A DNA stretch of 64,000 bases from contig CAXXVZ010000003.1 in NCBI GenBank assembly GCA_963678065.2, positions 1,376,001 through 1,440,000 on the forward strand, given 5' to 3'. A program made the position numbers and the translations under genes. Shown here piece after piece: positions 37,599 to 46,353 of the stretch. This stretch comes from Treponemataceae bacterium (GTDB lineage: Bacteria > Spirochaetota > Spirochaetia > Treponematales > Rectinemataceae). Numbering within the stretch: position 1 is the stretch's first letter; each line of letters begins with the position of its first letter. The notes under the pieces are model-generated. The model made no database searches. It saw only the letters and a list, made by a program, of their open reading frames with translations, and was not told where the DNA came from.

Positions 37599-39092
37599 AT
37601 GATCGACCTGACCATCGATAGCGCCCAGCGCAAAAAGAACATCCAGCGCTGCAGGGAAAAAGGAATCATCCTCCCCACCTACGCCCAGATGCGCGACCCC
37701 GCCCTCATCCCGCAGGGCATCAAGGACGAGCTGAAGGGGATCGGACTCTGGGACGTCCACCCGCGCAACCTCTTCCGCGTCAACTGGCACAACGAGCCCG
37801 TCAAACAGGGTGGAACCTACGGCGGCGTCAACTTCATCGAGATGCCCTCCTCCATCACCGGAACCAGGGCCCGCATCGTCGGCATCTCCGGCAAGTGGTT
37901 CCCGACGGGCGCGCACAAGGTCGGAGCCGCCCTCTCCTGCCTCCTCCCCGAGCTGACCACCGGACGATTCGACCCGACCACCAAGAAAGCCGTCTGGCCC
38001 TCCACCGGCAACTACTGCCGCGGCGGAGCCTACATCAGCCGCCTCCTCTCCTGCCCCTCCATCGCCATCCTGCCCGCCGGCATGAGCCGCGAGCGCTTCG
38101 ATTGGCTCAAGACCATGGCCGAGGAAGTCATCGCCACCCCCGGCTGCGAGTCCAACGTCAAGGAAATCTTCGACAAGTGCATCGAACTCGAGCGCACACG
38201 AGCCGACGCCGTCATCTTCAACCAGTTCGACCAGCTTCCGAACCACCTCTGGCACTACTCGGTCACGGGACCGGCCATGGAAGAAGTCTACAAACAGATC
38301 GCGAAACCCGGCGACAGGCTCTCAGGCGCCGTCTTCTCCTCGGGCTCCGGCGGCACCCTCGGCGCGGGCTCCTACCTCAGAGACAACTACTCCGGCTTCA
38401 AGGTCGGCGTCGGCGAGGCCCTGCAGTGCCCGACCATCCTCGAGAACGGCTTCGGAGACCACCGCATCGAAGGCATCGGCGACAAGCACATCCCCTGGAT
38501 CCACAACCTCCGCGACACCGACGTCGCAGTCGGCATCGATGACGAGCTTCCGATGCGCCTCATCCGTCTCTTCAACGAACCAGCGGGACGCGCAAAACTC
38601 GTCGAGGCGGGAGTCCCGGCCGATGTCCTCGCCAAAATCGACTGGATCGGCATCTCCGGCGTCGGCAACATGCTGGGCGCGATCAAGATGGCCAAGTACT
38701 ACGAACTCACCGAGAAGGACATCGTCTTCACCGTCTTCACCGACTCCATGGAAATGTACGGCTCCCGCATCGCCGAGCTCGACGCGGAGCGCGGAACCTA
38801 CGACCAGCGCCAGGCCGACCGCGACTACGAGCGCCTCCAGGTCGTTGGAACCGACAACCTCCTCGAACTCTCCTTCGTCGACAAGCGCCGCATCCACCAG
38901 CTCAAGTACTTCACCTGGATCGAGCAGCTCGGCAAACAACTGCCCGAACTCCGCGCCCAGTGGGACGACTCCTACAACTACTGGGGCGGACTGCACCAGG
39001 AAGCCTCCCGCCTCGACGAGATGATAAACGACTTCAACGCCGAAGCCGCCGTCGCCCCTGGCGCAGGAGCGTCAGCTGGGGCTGGAAAATGA
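37599..39092 (+). CDS. Fold-type II PLP-dependent enzyme (Trp synthase beta superfamily), function unknown
   Basis: FPTGAHKV (PLP Lys), WPSTGNY, GSGGT and HRIEGIG. AAGGAG RBS. Confidence 0.85.
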   Translation: MIDLTIDSAQRKKNIQRCREKGIILPTYAQMRDPALIPQGIKDELKGIGLWDVHPRNLFRVNWHNEPVKQGGTYGGVNFIEMPSSITGTRARIVGISGKWFPTGAHKVGAALSCLLPELTTGRFDPTTKKAVWPSTGNYCRGGAYISRLLSCPSIAILPAGMSRERFDWLKTMAEEVIATPGCESNVKEIFDKCIELERTRADAVIFNQFDQLPNHLWHYSVTGPAMEEVYKQIAKPGDRLSGAVFSSGSGGTLGAGSYLRDNYSGFKVGVGEALQCPTILENGFGDHRIEGIGDKHIPWIHNLRDTDVAVGIDDELPMRLIRLFNEPAGRAKLVEAGVPADVLAKIDWIGISGVGNMLGAIKMAKYYELTEKDIVFTVFTDSMEMYGSRIAELDAERGTYDQRQADRDYERLQVVGTDNLLELSFVDKRRIHQLKYFTWIEQLGKQLPELRAQWDDSYNYWGGLHQEASRLDEMINDFNAEAAVAPGAGASAGAGK

Positions 39093-40462
39093 TCCTGCTC
39101 GGGAACTGCCTCCGGGTCCTTCGCCATGACGGCGCGGACCTCGCGGGCGTCGATGTCCTCATAGACGGGGCGCGCATCGTGAAGATCGCTCCCCGGATCG
39201 AGGCGACCGGCGCCGACCGCGTCATCGACTGCTCCCGCATGGTGGTGGCTCCCGGCCTCGTCAACACGCACCACCACTTCTACCAGACCCTCACGCGCAA
39301 CCTGCCGGCCGTCCAGAACGCCAAGCTTTTCGACTGGCTTCTCTATCTCTACGAAATCTGGAAGGGCATCGACGAGGAGGCCGTCTACGTCTCGAGCCTC
39401 CTCGCGATGACCGAAATGATCAAGACGGGCTGCACCTGCACCACCGACCACCACTACCTCTACCCGGATACCTTTGTCGACGACCTCCCGGCCATTCAGT
39501 TCCGCGCGGCCGCCGAGCTCGGCATCCGCTTCGCGCCCACGCGCGGCTCGATGTCGCGCTCCAAAAAGGACGGCGGGCTTCCGCCCGACTCCGTCGTCCA
39601 GGACGAGGAGACGATCCTCGCCCACTGCGAGTCGACGATAACCCGCTTCCACGATCCCTCCCCCGATTCCATGCGACGTGTGGCCCTCGCGCCCTGCAGC
39701 CCCTTCTCCGTCTCCGAGGACCTCATGAAGAAGTCGGCCGCCCTCGCGAGGCGCCACGGCGTTCGCCTTCACACCCACCTCGCGGAGACTTCCGACGAGG
39801 ACGACTACTGCGTCTCTATCTACGGACGGCGCCCGCTCAAGCTCATGGAAGACTGCGGTTTCCTCGGCCCCGACGTCTGGTACGCCCACGGCATCTTCTT
39901 CAACGATGCCGAACTCGACCTCCTCGCGGCGACGAAGACTGGCGTCGCACACTGCCCCTCCTCCAACATGCGCCTGGGCTCGGGCATCTGTCGCGTACGC
40001 GAGATGCTGGACCGCGGCGTCCCCGTCGGCCTCGCTGTGGACGGCTCGGCGTCCAACGACTCCTCCGACATGCTCGGCGAGGCGCGCCAGGCCATGCTGC
40101 TGCAGCGCGTGCGCTACGGCTCAGGCGGACTCACGGCGAAAGAGACCTGGGAGATCGCGACCCGCGGCGGAGCGAGCATCCTCGGCTGGTCAGAGACCGG
40201 CAGCATCGAAGAAGGCATGCTCGCCGATATCTCCATCTGGAACATGGACAGGCTGGCCTACTCCGGCTCGCTCTCGGACCCCGCCGCCGCCCTCCTCTTC
40301 TGCGGCTACGACCACTCGGCCGACACGGTCATCGTGAACGGCCGCATCGTCGCCGAGAAGGGGACAGTGCTCGGGGTCGACGAAAACAAACTCAAGGACG
40401 ACGCCAACCGCGTCGCCCGAAACCTCTACAAAAAAGCGGGGATCGCTCTACAGACATGGTGA
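39089..40462 (+). CDS. 8-oxoguanine deaminase-like amidohydrolase
   Basis: NTHHHFYQTLTR, PCSPFS, HTHLAE, HCPSSNMRL and DGSASND. Confidence 0.85.
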   Translation: MILLGNCLRVLRHDGADLAGVDVLIDGARIVKIAPRIEATGADRVIDCSRMVVAPGLVNTHHHFYQTLTRNLPAVQNAKLFDWLLYLYEIWKGIDEEAVYVSSLLAMTEMIKTGCTCTTDHHYLYPDTFVDDLPAIQFRAAAELGIRFAPTRGSMSRSKKDGGLPPDSVVQDEETILAHCESTITRFHDPSPDSMRRVALAPCSPFSVSEDLMKKSAALARRHGVRLHTHLAETSDEDDYCVSIYGRRPLKLMEDCGFLGPDVWYAHGIFFNDAELDLLAATKTGVAHCPSSNMRLGSGICRVREMLDRGVPVGLAVDGSASNDSSDMLGEARQAMLLQRVRYGSGGLTAKETWEIATRGGASILGWSETGSIEEGMLADISIWNMDRLAYSGSLSDPAAALLFCGYDHSADTVIVNGRIVAEKGTVLGVDENKLKDDANRVARNLYKKAGIALQTW

Positions 40463-41493
40463 CGACATTCCACAGGCCGCGCGACGCAGCCGAAGCACAG
40501 TCTCTGCTCAACGCACATCCATCTGCCCTACCGCTCGCGGGCGGAACCTGGCTCCTGACAGGCCAGTTCCGGAAAACGCCGTTGGAAGTCGTGTCCGTCG
40601 ACGGGCTCCTTCCCTCTGGAATCGAGCGCCTGCCGGAACCCGGCAGGCCTGCATCTGGCACTTCCGCGGTGGACACTTTTGCAGCCTCTACACCCGGCAA
40701 CGCGCCTCATGGCGGATTCACCCTCGCTCTCGGCGCGCTCGCGACCTTCCAATCCATCGCGGATTCGCCCGAAGCGCCCGCGCCCTTGAGGGAGGCCGTC
40801 CTCGGCATGGCGGACCGCAACATCCGCAACCGCGCGACGGTCGGTGGCAACATAGGCGCGGGAAAGTCCTGCGCGAGCCTCATTCCCCTCTTCCTCGTGA
40901 CCGACGCGGTCTACGAGTGCGCGTCTGGAACCTCAGGCGGCGCTGCGCTCGCGCTCCCCGCCGCGGAATGGACGAAAACAGAGCCCGCGAAACTCATCGT
41001 GCGCGTCGCCCTCCGCTTCGAGACGGAGAGGCTTTACGCCTGCCGGCGCTGGTCGCGCACCGCCTGCGACCTCTCGGTGATCACGGTCGCCGTCTCGTTC
41101 AGGCTAGATACCCCCGATTCCTTTGCGTCGGCATCGGCCACAACAGGCATCCCAACTGGTGCTCCGGCTTCCTCCCGCGCCCTGCGCGGACTGCGCATAG
41201 CCCTGGGCGGCATGGGAGCCTCGGCCCGCCGCTTCCCCGAAATCGAAGCCGTCCTCGAAGGAAAGCCCCTCCCTGCCCGGGACGAACTCGAGTCCCTGGT
41301 CGCTCCCTTCTTCGACCCGAAATCCGACGCCCGCGGCAGCGCTGAGTTCAAACGCTACCGCGCCGCCTGCCTGGTCGTCGAGGCTCTTCTCTCCGCACAG
41401 CCGGTGGCGTCTGTCGCGGCGAATGAAATGGCAGCGCAGGCACGGGTCGGAGCCCCGGCATCGAGCTCCGCGGCCCCGGAGGTACAGCCATGA
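40456..41493 (+). CDS. ygfM: YgfM-type FAD-binding subunit of molybdenum hydroxylase
   Basis: LAGGTWL, RNIRNRATVGGN and DARGSAEFKRY; directly upstream of xdhD. Confidence 0.75.
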   Translation: MVTTFHRPRDAAEAQSLLNAHPSALPLAGGTWLLTGQFRKTPLEVVSVDGLLPSGIERLPEPGRPASGTSAVDTFAASTPGNAPHGGFTLALGALATFQSIADSPEAPAPLREAVLGMADRNIRNRATVGGNIGAGKSCASLIPLFLVTDAVYECASGTSGGAALALPAAEWTKTEPAKLIVRVALRFETERLYACRRWSRTACDLSVITVAVSFRLDTPDSFASASATTGIPTGAPASSRALRGLRIALGGMGASARRFPEIEAVLEGKPLPARDELESLVAPFFDPKSDARGSAEFKRYRAACLVVEALLSAQPVASVAANEMAAQARVGAPASSSAAPEVQP

Positions 41494-44396
41494 AAGTCTC
41501 CTTCACCCTCAACGGGAAAAAAGTCGCATGGGAAGCGGGAGAAGGCGAGAGCCTCAAAACCCTGCTCCGGCGCAAGGGCATAAGCTCGATCAAGGATGGC
41601 TGCGACGGCGAGGGCTCCTGCGGCCTTTGCGCGGTCATCATGAACCGCAAGCTCGTCAACTCCTGCCTCCTCCTCGCTCCCCAGGTCGAGGGGGCCGAGG
41701 TCCTCACGGTCGAGCACTTCTCCAAAGACCGAAAGCTCTCGGTCGTCCAGCGAGCCCTCGTCGACGCGGCCTGCGTCCAGTGCGGCTACTGCACCCCCGC
41801 GGTCGTCCTCGCGGTCCACGAACTTCTCGAGCGCGACCGCAACCCCGACGAGGCCGCCATCCGCGACGCTCTCTCGGGAACCATCTGCCGCTGCACGGGC
41901 TACGAGCAGTTCTACAACGCCGTCCGGATCGCCTCGCGCCGCCTCGACGATCCTTCCTACGCCGAGTCGGCCGCCCCCGAGTTCCGCCCCGACCTCAGGC
42001 ACATCGGCAAGGACCGCGAGAAGGTCGACGCGGCCAGTCTCGTGCGCGGCGAGAAGGCCTTCGTGGAGGACCGCCTCGACTCAGGCGCCTGCCACCTGAA
42101 GCTTCTCGGAAGCCCCCACGCCCACGCCTGGATAAGCTCGATCGACACATCCGAGGCGGAAGGTATGCCCGGCGTCGTCGCCGTGCTGACCCACAAAAAC
42201 TGCCCCGATCAGGTCTACACGACAGCCGGCCAGGGCTTCCCCGAGCCCTCGCCCCACGACCAGCGCATGTTCTCGCGCAAAGTCAGGCATGTGGGCGACC
42301 GCGTCGCCGCCATCCTCGCCGAGACTCCCGAGGAGGCCGAGGCCGCCCTCGCGACGATAAAGGTCGAGTACGAGGTCCTGAAACCCGTCCTCTCCATCGC
42401 CGAGGCCAAGGCCCCCGGCGCGCCCATCGTCCACTCGGGCGAGGTCCGCTACGTGGCCGGCTCAGCCCCCGCGGGGACCTCGACGGCCGGAGACGGCCGC
42501 GACGACCCGATAATCTATCAGTTCCCCCTCCATTCCGACCCCCACCGCAACCTCGCGGCGAGCGCCGAGGCCGGCATCGGCGACATCGACTCGGGCTTCG
42601 CCGAGGCCGACGTCGTGATCGAGCGGAGCTACCGCGGCAACCGCGTGCAGTCGACCCCCTTGGAGCCCCACGAGGTCTTCGCGAAGATGGATCGCGACAG
42701 GCTCGTGCTGCACGCCTCGACCCAGGTTCCCTGGCACGTCAGACGCATTGTCGCCCGAGTCATCGGCATCCCCGAAAACAAGGTCCGCGTCATCAAGGAG
42801 CGCGTCGGCGGCGGTTTCGGCGCCAAGCAGGACATCGTCGTCGAGGACCTCGCCGGCTATCTCGCCTGGACCACCGGGCGATCGGTCTTCTTCCGCTACA
42901 CGAGAGAGCAGGAGTTCATGGCGAGCCGCACCCGCCACGCCATGGAGATCACCGTGAAGCTCGGCGCGAAGCGCGACGGCAAACTCACGGCCATCCTCAT
43001 GAAGCTCGACGCGGACACCGGACCCTACGGCCAGCACTGCCTGACCGTACCCATGAACGCCATCTCCAAAAGCCTGCCGCTGCTCCTGTGCGATAACGCC
43101 CGCTTCGAGGTCAAAAGCTACTACACGAACCTCTCCCCCGCCGGAGCCTATCAGGGCTACGGGGCTCCCAAGGGTTCTTTCGCCCTCCAGACCTGCCTCG
43201 CCGAGCTCGCGGCGGAACTTGGAATTCCCCAGCTCGACATGATCGAGAGGAACCGCGTGCGCTCCGGCAGCCGCATCGAGATTCTCAAAAGCCTCGGCGA
43301 AGGTCGCGAAGGCGCCGCCGTGACCCTGGGCGAGTGCGGCCTCGGCGACATGATCGATCGCGGAAAGGCCGACATGAACTGGGGACAGAGCTGGCCTCCC
43401 GCCGCGGCCCTCAGATCCGCCTTGGGAGCCGGCGGCGCCGCAGCCGATCCCGACATCGCGCTCGGCCGCGGCGCCGTCATCATCCAGCAGGGCTCGGGTC
43501 TGCCCGGCCTGGACGCCGCCAACGCCGAGATCCGCCTTCTCGCCGACGGCACCCTCCTCCTCCTCTCAGGCGGCGCCGACCTGGGGACAGGGCTCGACAC
43601 AGTCACCGCCAAAGCGGCTGCCGAGATCCTCGGCCTCGACATGGAGGACGTGGCCGTCGTCTCGGGCGACACCGACACGACCCCCTTCGACAAGGGCGCC
43701 TACGCCTCCTCGGGCACCTACTTCTCCGGCAACGCCGCCGTGAAGGCCGCCGAGGACCTGCGCGCCAAGGTGCTCGCCGTAGCCTCGGTCGTCCTCGGAG
43801 AACCCGTTTCCGACCTCGCCATCGCCCACCGCGGGCGCATCGTCGGCAAGAAGGGCGAGACGACCCTCGCCAAACTCGCCCACATATCGGTGCAGGGCGA
43901 GGGCCACGGAGACCTCGTCGGCTCGGGTTGCTTCAAGACCGACCACGCCGCCTTCCCCTACGGCGTCCACATCGCCGAGGTCGCGGTGAACCGTCGCACC
44001 GGCGACGTGAAAGTGCGCAAATACTACGCCTACCAGGACTGCGGCACGCCCATCAATCCGGCCCTCGCCAAGGGCCAGATCTACGGCGCCGCCCTCAAGT
44101 CCATCGGCCACTCGCTCTACGAGGAAATGCTCTACGACGAGAAGGGACAGTGCCTGAATCCGCGCTTCCTCGACTACAAGGTCCCCACCGTCTTCGAGGT
44201 TCCGGATGACTTCCGCGTCGAGCTCATGCCCGTCGCGGACGAGGTCGGCCCCTTCGGTGGCAAGTCTATCTCCGAGATCGCCGTCAACGGCGCCGCCCCG
44301 GCCATCGCCATCGCCATCCACGACGCGATCGGCGTCTGGTGCCGTGAGTGGCCCTTCACGCCTGAGCGCATCCTGAAGGCGATGGGGAAGATATGA
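41490..44396 (+). CDS. xdhD: XdhD-type fused [2Fe-2S]/molybdopterin oxidoreductase
   Basis: GCDGEGSCGLC, QCGYC, CRCTGY, GAYQGYGAPK, AYASSGTY and GGKSISEI..NGAAPAI (XdhD signature). Confidence 0.9.
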   Translation: MKVSFTLNGKKVAWEAGEGESLKTLLRRKGISSIKDGCDGEGSCGLCAVIMNRKLVNSCLLLAPQVEGAEVLTVEHFSKDRKLSVVQRALVDAACVQCGYCTPAVVLAVHELLERDRNPDEAAIRDALSGTICRCTGYEQFYNAVRIASRRLDDPSYAESAAPEFRPDLRHIGKDREKVDAASLVRGEKAFVEDRLDSGACHLKLLGSPHAHAWISSIDTSEAEGMPGVVAVLTHKNCPDQVYTTAGQGFPEPSPHDQRMFSRKVRHVGDRVAAILAETPEEAEAALATIKVEYEVLKPVLSIAEAKAPGAPIVHSGEVRYVAGSAPAGTSTAGDGRDDPIIYQFPLHSDPHRNLAASAEAGIGDIDSGFAEADVVIERSYRGNRVQSTPLEPHEVFAKMDRDRLVLHASTQVPWHVRRIVARVIGIPENKVRVIKERVGGGFGAKQDIVVEDLAGYLAWTTGRSVFFRYTREQEFMASRTRHAMEITVKLGAKRDGKLTAILMKLDADTGPYGQHCLTVPMNAISKSLPLLLCDNARFEVKSYYTNLSPAGAYQGYGAPKGSFALQTCLAELAAELGIPQLDMIERNRVRSGSRIEILKSLGEGREGAAVTLGECGLGDMIDRGKADMNWGQSWPPAAALRSALGAGGAAADPDIALGRGAVIIQQGSGLPGLDAANAEIRLLADGTLLLLSGGADLGTGLDTVTAKAAAEILGLDMEDVAVVSGDTDTTPFDKGAYASSGTYFSGNAAVKAAEDLRAKVLAVASVVLGEPVSDLAIAHRGRIVGKKGETTLAKLAHISVQGEGHGDLVGSGCFKTDHAAFPYGVHIAEVAVNRRTGDVKVRKYYAYQDCGTPINPALAKGQIYGAALKSIGHSLYEEMLYDEKGQCLNPRFLDYKVPTVFEVPDDFRVELMPVADEVGPFGGKSISEIAVNGAAPAIAIAIHDAIGVWCREWPFTPERILKAMGKI

Positions 44397-44433
44397 TCTG
44401 GATCGTTCAAACCGGTGCATAACAGTTGCTGTC

Positions 44434-44457
44434 AGGTGGGGACTCTAGTCCCCACCT
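44434..44457. repeat. Perfect 11-bp inverted repeat (REP-like hairpin or operon terminator)
   Basis: aggtggggact-ct-agtccccacct; no U-tract. Confidence 0.75.
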
Positions 44458-44532
44458 AGCTGCCGCTTAGCTTAGCTGCTTAGCTGGAGTCGTTTTCTAT
44501 CAATAGGCGCAGCTCCAGTTCTACCTTCTCCC

Positions 44533-44612
44533 GAAACTCTGGGACAGTGCTCGAAACTCCTGAAACTCTCTGGGGACAGTGCTCGGATTTGTGCTGGTGG
44601 TGCTCGGATTTT
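44533..44612 (+). repeat. Cluster of short direct repeats upstream of RAYT (candidate REP elements)
   Basis: gaaactc x3, gggacagtgctcg x2 (44541, 44573) and gtgctcggattt x2. Confidence 0.75.
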
Positions 44613-44663
44613 CTAGGATTTGAGGATTCAAGCAAACCTCGTACTCGGTAGCGTATACATGGT

Positions 44664-45182
44664 ATGAGAAAGCCACGCGAGCTACAGGACGGCGCACGCT
44701 ATCACGTCACGGCGCGTGCGAACCGGAAAGAGATGATTCTCGATTCAGGTTCGATGAAGGAGCTTTTCCTTTCGGTCGTGAAAAGGGCAAAACAGAAGTA
44801 CCGTTTCCGGATCGAGAACTTCTGCATCATGGGAAACCACTTTCATTTCATTATCAAGCCTGCTAAGAGCGAGAACCTTTCCGCGATCATGCGCTGGATC
44901 ATGAGTGTGTTCGCCATGGCATACAACCGGATTCGTAATTTCACCGGTCATGTGTGGGGTTCGAGATTCTTTTCGCGGATCATCTCCGGGCTGCGAGAGT
45001 TCATGCATGTGTTCGGATATATTGACGACAATCCGGTGAAGGCCTGTCTGGTTGCCGACCGACGAACCTGGCGATATGGAGGACTCGGCCATATTCGAGA
45101 AGGATGTCGAGAGATTCTCGACGAGTGGCCAACCTGGCTTTCATTCTTGTTCCCGGACCATGCACCGCTTTTGCTTCATTAG
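44664..45182 (+). mobile_element. REP-associated tyrosine transposase (RAYT, Y1 HUH family)
   Basis: YHVTARAN, HUH motif NHFH, WGSRFFSR and YIDDNPVKA catalytic Tyr; no tnpB or terminal IRs. Confidence 0.88.
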
Positions 45183-45348
45183 TCCGGGACTCTGACAAAT
45201 GAAGCTATGTGTGCCATCCCTGGATGGCCGATACTGGGAATGAACGGGCAGGAGTGAAAAATGGCGATTCCAGACTACCAGCATGTGGAGGTTCTCCATC
45301 ACGATCGACGGAATCTCCGCAGCAAACACCCTTCTTTGAGCGAAACCC

Positions 45349-46302
45349 TCATCCACCTGTTCCCACAAATCTGAAGGGTTCCCTCCCGGGCACGTCCAGC
45401 CTGACGCGGAAAAGACAGCCCGCGTCAGGCTGTTCCGAAGGAACCGAGTCCAGCGATGCCGTAGTTATGATCAGCTCATCGAGGTTCTCACCTGCGAAGG
45501 CGCAGCAGGTTGTTTTTGCAGCGGGAACCTCGACGCGGTCGAGGATCTCGCCGGAGCGCGGGTCAGCCTTCACGACGGCCCCGCCGTTCCAGAGGGCGAT
45601 CCAGAGATAGCCTTGTGCGTCGATCGTGAGTCCGTCGGGAGAGCCCAGAGCTTCGGGGATGCGCAGAACAGTCCGGCGCTTGTAAAGGCGCCCTTCGATC
45701 GCGTCGAAGTCAAAGGCGTCGATGCGGCGAAGAGGGGTATCACAGTAGTAGAGCGTTCCGCAGTCGCAAGACCAGTCGAGTCCGTTGGAGACCCTGACAT
45801 CCCCGAAGAGGCTTGCCAGCCGGCCGTCGGCGTCGAGCCGGTAGAATTCCCCGCCGCCCTCTCTGCGCATGGTTCCGACGTAGAGCCTGCCGTCAGGACC
45901 AACCTTGCCGTCGTTGAAGCGGCTGCCCGCGATGGGCGTCTTCGCGTGCGCGGGCACAATTCTCCCGTCTTCCGTTAGAAAGTAGATCCCGTCCTCCATG
46001 GCCGCGAGAAGACCCCCTTCCGCGGTGAGGACGATGCATCCCGTCTCCTGCGGCAGTCTAAAGGCCGTCGACCGGCCTGTCGATCTTCCCGGCAATCCAT
46101 CGCGTGCCACACCGGGCGATGGGCCCGGCGATCCGGTCGTCGATCCGGACCTTGCCGCACCGGCCGCCCACTCGAGGGTTTGCATGCTGCGTCCCCTGAT
46201 GTCGACATAGCGCAGAAGTCGCTTTTCTGCGTCCCAGAGGGGAGACTCGCCCACGATGCTCCGGTGATCGTCGAATACTTCGAGCCCGCCATATCGTCCC
46301 AT
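45349..46302 (-). CDS. SMP-30/gluconolactonase family protein
   Basis: GESPLWD, RFNDGK, SNGLDWS and PDGLTID. Confidence 0.92.
   Translation of the reverse strand: MGRYGGLEVFDDHRSIVGESPLWDAEKRLLRYVDIRGRSMQTLEWAAGAARSGSTTGSPGPSPGVARDGLPGRSTGRSTAFRLPQETGCIVLTAEGGLLAAMEDGIYFLTEDGRIVPAHAKTPIAGSRFNDGKVGPDGRLYVGTMRREGGGEFYRLDADGRLASLFGDVRVSNGLDWSCDCGTLYYCDTPLRRIDAFDFDAIEGRLYKRRTVLRIPEALGSPDGLTIDAQGYLWIALWNGGAVVKADPRSGEILDRVEVPAAKTTCCAFAGENLDELIITTASLDSVPSEQPDAGCLFRVRLDVPGREPFRFVGTGG
46065..46148. repeat. Degenerate 12-bp tandem array (7 units) forming an in-frame insert in the lactonase
   Basis: ccgtcgaccggc/ctgtcgatcttc/ccggcaatccat/cgcgtgccacac/cgggcgatgggc/ccggcgatccgg/tcgtcgatccgg. Confidence 0.55.
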
Positions 46303-46353
46303 CCTCTCCTCCCACGATCGTTTGTATCGACATTGCTGACATTGCAGGCTCCG

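Noticed and set aside
25196..44396. Selenocysteine or stop read-through in the Se-associated purine operon
   Set aside because: The TGA codons coincide with natural C-termini and overlapping starts, and no in-frame continuation with conserved motifs was seen.
44533..44612. Possible mini CRISPR array
   Set aside because: The repeats are short and irregularly spaced, with no unique spacers of constant length and no cas genes.
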